This document shows positions 43,876 through 45,040 of a stretch of 45,040 nt of DNA, one piece after another; positions within the stretch are counted from its first letter, which is position 1, and every line of letters begins with the position of its first letter. The stretch lies in the NCBI GenBank assembly GCA_026418035.1, contig JAOACC010000097.1, positions 1-45,040 of the forward strand. Reading direction: 5' to 3'. This stretch comes from a bacterium. Its GTDB lineage: Bacteria; DUMJ01. The notes under the pieces are model-generated. The model did not search any database. It was given only the letters and a program-made list of their open reading frames with translations, and was not told where the DNA came from. The translations under genes were made by a program, and so were the position numbers.

Positions 43876-45021
43876 CTACCTCCACTTTATCTCAATCTCA
43901 TCTCCATCCTTTATTGGGGAACTAAAAGATGTCGGTTCTCCATTTAACCTCATCTCTATAAACTGGATATCTCCTTCTACCGGAATATAATTAAGAACAT
44001 CCGCAACTATAGGCTGATACGAAGACCTTATCTCATAATCACCCTCTAAGAAAGGAGAATCAAGGTCAATCTCTTTACCATTAAAGATTATTACCTTTCC
44101 ACATCTAATATTTAAGTTTCTCCCGTTAACCCTTATATTCAGTGTGTAGCCATCTTCAATTTTTTCTCCCAAGATATCTCTAACCTTAGGTGGTCCGATA
44201 TACTTTACCTCTATAACGTCTCTGTCTTTTAAAGACACATCACCCTCTATTAATCTCCCATTAAGATAAACTTGGTATAGATTCCATTTTATAGTCTGCC
44301 TAGAACCATTCAAGGTATAATAGAGTGTCCTAGGTCCTGCATCTAGTCCAATAGAGTTGAGGAATCCATAAAGGCTTACATCACTCTCTATCTGAACTCT
44401 TGCCCTATCATAGAGAATAGTAGACATTTCAACCGGCTTTCCTTCTACTAATACCTTAACCGGTAACTCATACTCTCTGTCATTCACCCTTACCCTAGGA
44501 ACATCAACGGTATTTAAGAGGTCTTCTACAGACACAACCGCATCAAGCCCTTTCTCTCCTGGAATAATCTCAATCTCATCCCCAGCCTTTATTCTAGTAT
44601 CAAGGTTAGCAAGCTCACCATTAACTATGATCTTGGCAGGTTTGCCTCTTTCCCCAGAAAAGACCTTAACATTTCCATTTACCTCAATAGTTATACCTTT
44701 TCCTGGTTCTCCATAGATCAGCCAGGGAGAAAACCCGCTTGACACTATAAGGTCACTAATCGTTACTATACCGGTATCCAAAAGCCTTACCCTTTCTCCA
44801 TTTACCCAAACCTCTATTGGGACAAAACCTTTATTATTGAGGCATGAGTTTAATATACCAACAGGTGTTATCCACTCTGGACCCTTTAATCTCTTCCCAG
44901 AGACTAATTTTAGAGAATCTATAGACTGTATAGCTATCCGTTCTATAGGTATTCCTAAGATCCTCGAAAGTAGCTCTCTAATATTTGGGGTTAAACTTCC
45001 TCCTCCTATACAGATTAGGAC
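43876..45021 (-). CDS. 5'-truncated gene: C-terminal lobe of an actin-fold ATPase (FtsA/PilM-like) followed by tandem ThiS-like beta-grasp repeats
   Basis: VLICIGGGSLTPNIRELLSRILGIPIE..PEWITPVGIL is followed by at least five units of 40-65 aa of the form x-[VL]NG-x...NG-x...GDxIE[IV]. The apparent GTG start of the track ORF lies inside the adapter (45022-45040), so the true 5' end is missing. Confidence 0.6.
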   Translation of the reverse strand, partial: VLICIGGGSLTPNIRELLSRILGIPIERIAIQSIDSLKLVSGKRLKGPEWITPVGILNSCLNNKGFVPIEVWVNGERVRLLDTGIVTISDLIVSSGFSPWLIYGEPGKGITIEVNGNVKVFSGERGKPAKIIVNGELANLDTRIKAGDEIEIIPGEKGLDAVVSVEDLLNTVDVPRVRVNDREYELPVKVLVEGKPVEMSTILYDRARVQIESDVSLYGFLNSIGLDAGPRTLYYTLNGSRQTIKWNLYQVYLNGRLIEGDVSLKDRDVIEVKYIGPPKVRDILGEKIEDGYTLNIRVNGRNLNIRCGKVIIFNGKEIDLDSPFLEGDYEIRSSYQPIVADVLNYIPVEGDIQFIEMRLNGEPTSFSSPIKDGDEIEIKWR

Positions 45022-45040
45022 CTGTCTCTTATACACATCT
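45022..45040. other. Tn5/Nextera mosaic-end adapter (reverse complement), non-biological
   Basis: Exact CTGTCTCTTATACACATCT at the last base of the window. Confidence 0.95.

Noticed and set aside
1-45040. Perfect 19-bp terminal inverted repeats at the two window ends, which could suggest a 45-kb composite transposon or IS-bounded island.
   Set aside because: The repeat is exactly the synthetic hyperactive Tn5 mosaic end used in Nextera libraries. There is no transposase gene and there are no target-site duplications, and both ends cut through ordinary genes (porB and the FtsA-like gene).

Overview
This is a 45-kb contig-like window from a compact, AT-rich genome (about one-third G+C by eye, not computed). 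The proteins are strongly Glu/Lys/Ile-rich. The two tRNAs are much more GC-rich than their surroundings (I counted 46 G+C in the 77-nt tRNA-Arg). Together this looks like a thermophilic bacterium. Gene content suggests a diderm thermophile of the Dictyoglomus/Thermotoga type: four-subunit 2-oxoacid:ferredoxin oxidoreductase, an OstA/LptD-like outer-membrane protein, a Bacillus-type late flagellar block, a P. stutzeri-type L-rhamnose isomerase, and GH1 and GH130 enzymes. I cannot verify the taxonomy without a database search. Both ends of the window are the 19-nt Tn5/Nextera mosaic-end adapter in inverted orientation, which is a library artefact and not a transposon. I support about 48 CDS, 2 tRNAs, several promoters and 2 intrinsic terminators. 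There is no rRNA, CRISPR array, IS element or prophage. Most genes are housekeeping: porGDAB, thrS, pcm, mutM, coaE, alaS, hslU, rhaB/rhaI, ridA, nudF, xerD, fabI, cdd, phoH-pgpH-ybeY-dgkA, csrA-fliW-flgL-flgK-flgM-flgN-yvyF. The regions most worth a second look are these. (1) 2.6-4.7 kb: a self-contained four-gene operon whose four products all carry the same ~25-aa SHOCT-like helical module (DUF2089 zinc-ribbon/HTH protein, DUF4097-like beta-helix, small membrane protein, small soluble protein). (2) 43.9-45.0 kb: a 5'-truncated actin-fold (FtsA/PilM-like) protein with at least five tandem ThiS-like beta-grasp repeats, translationally coupled to the flagellar yvyF gene. (3) 12.1-17.5 kb: a heterodimeric ABC exporter coupled to a 639-aa polytopic membrane protein. 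(4) A bacterial EndoQ-family PHP nuclease fused into a nudF-endoQ-xerD overlap chain. (5) gatD without murT, coupled to csrA where flagellin would be expected. (6) phoH, whose conserved N-terminus lies upstream of any canonical start codon and directly abuts a tRNA. (7) A consensus sigma-28 promoter only 12 nt upstream of flgN.
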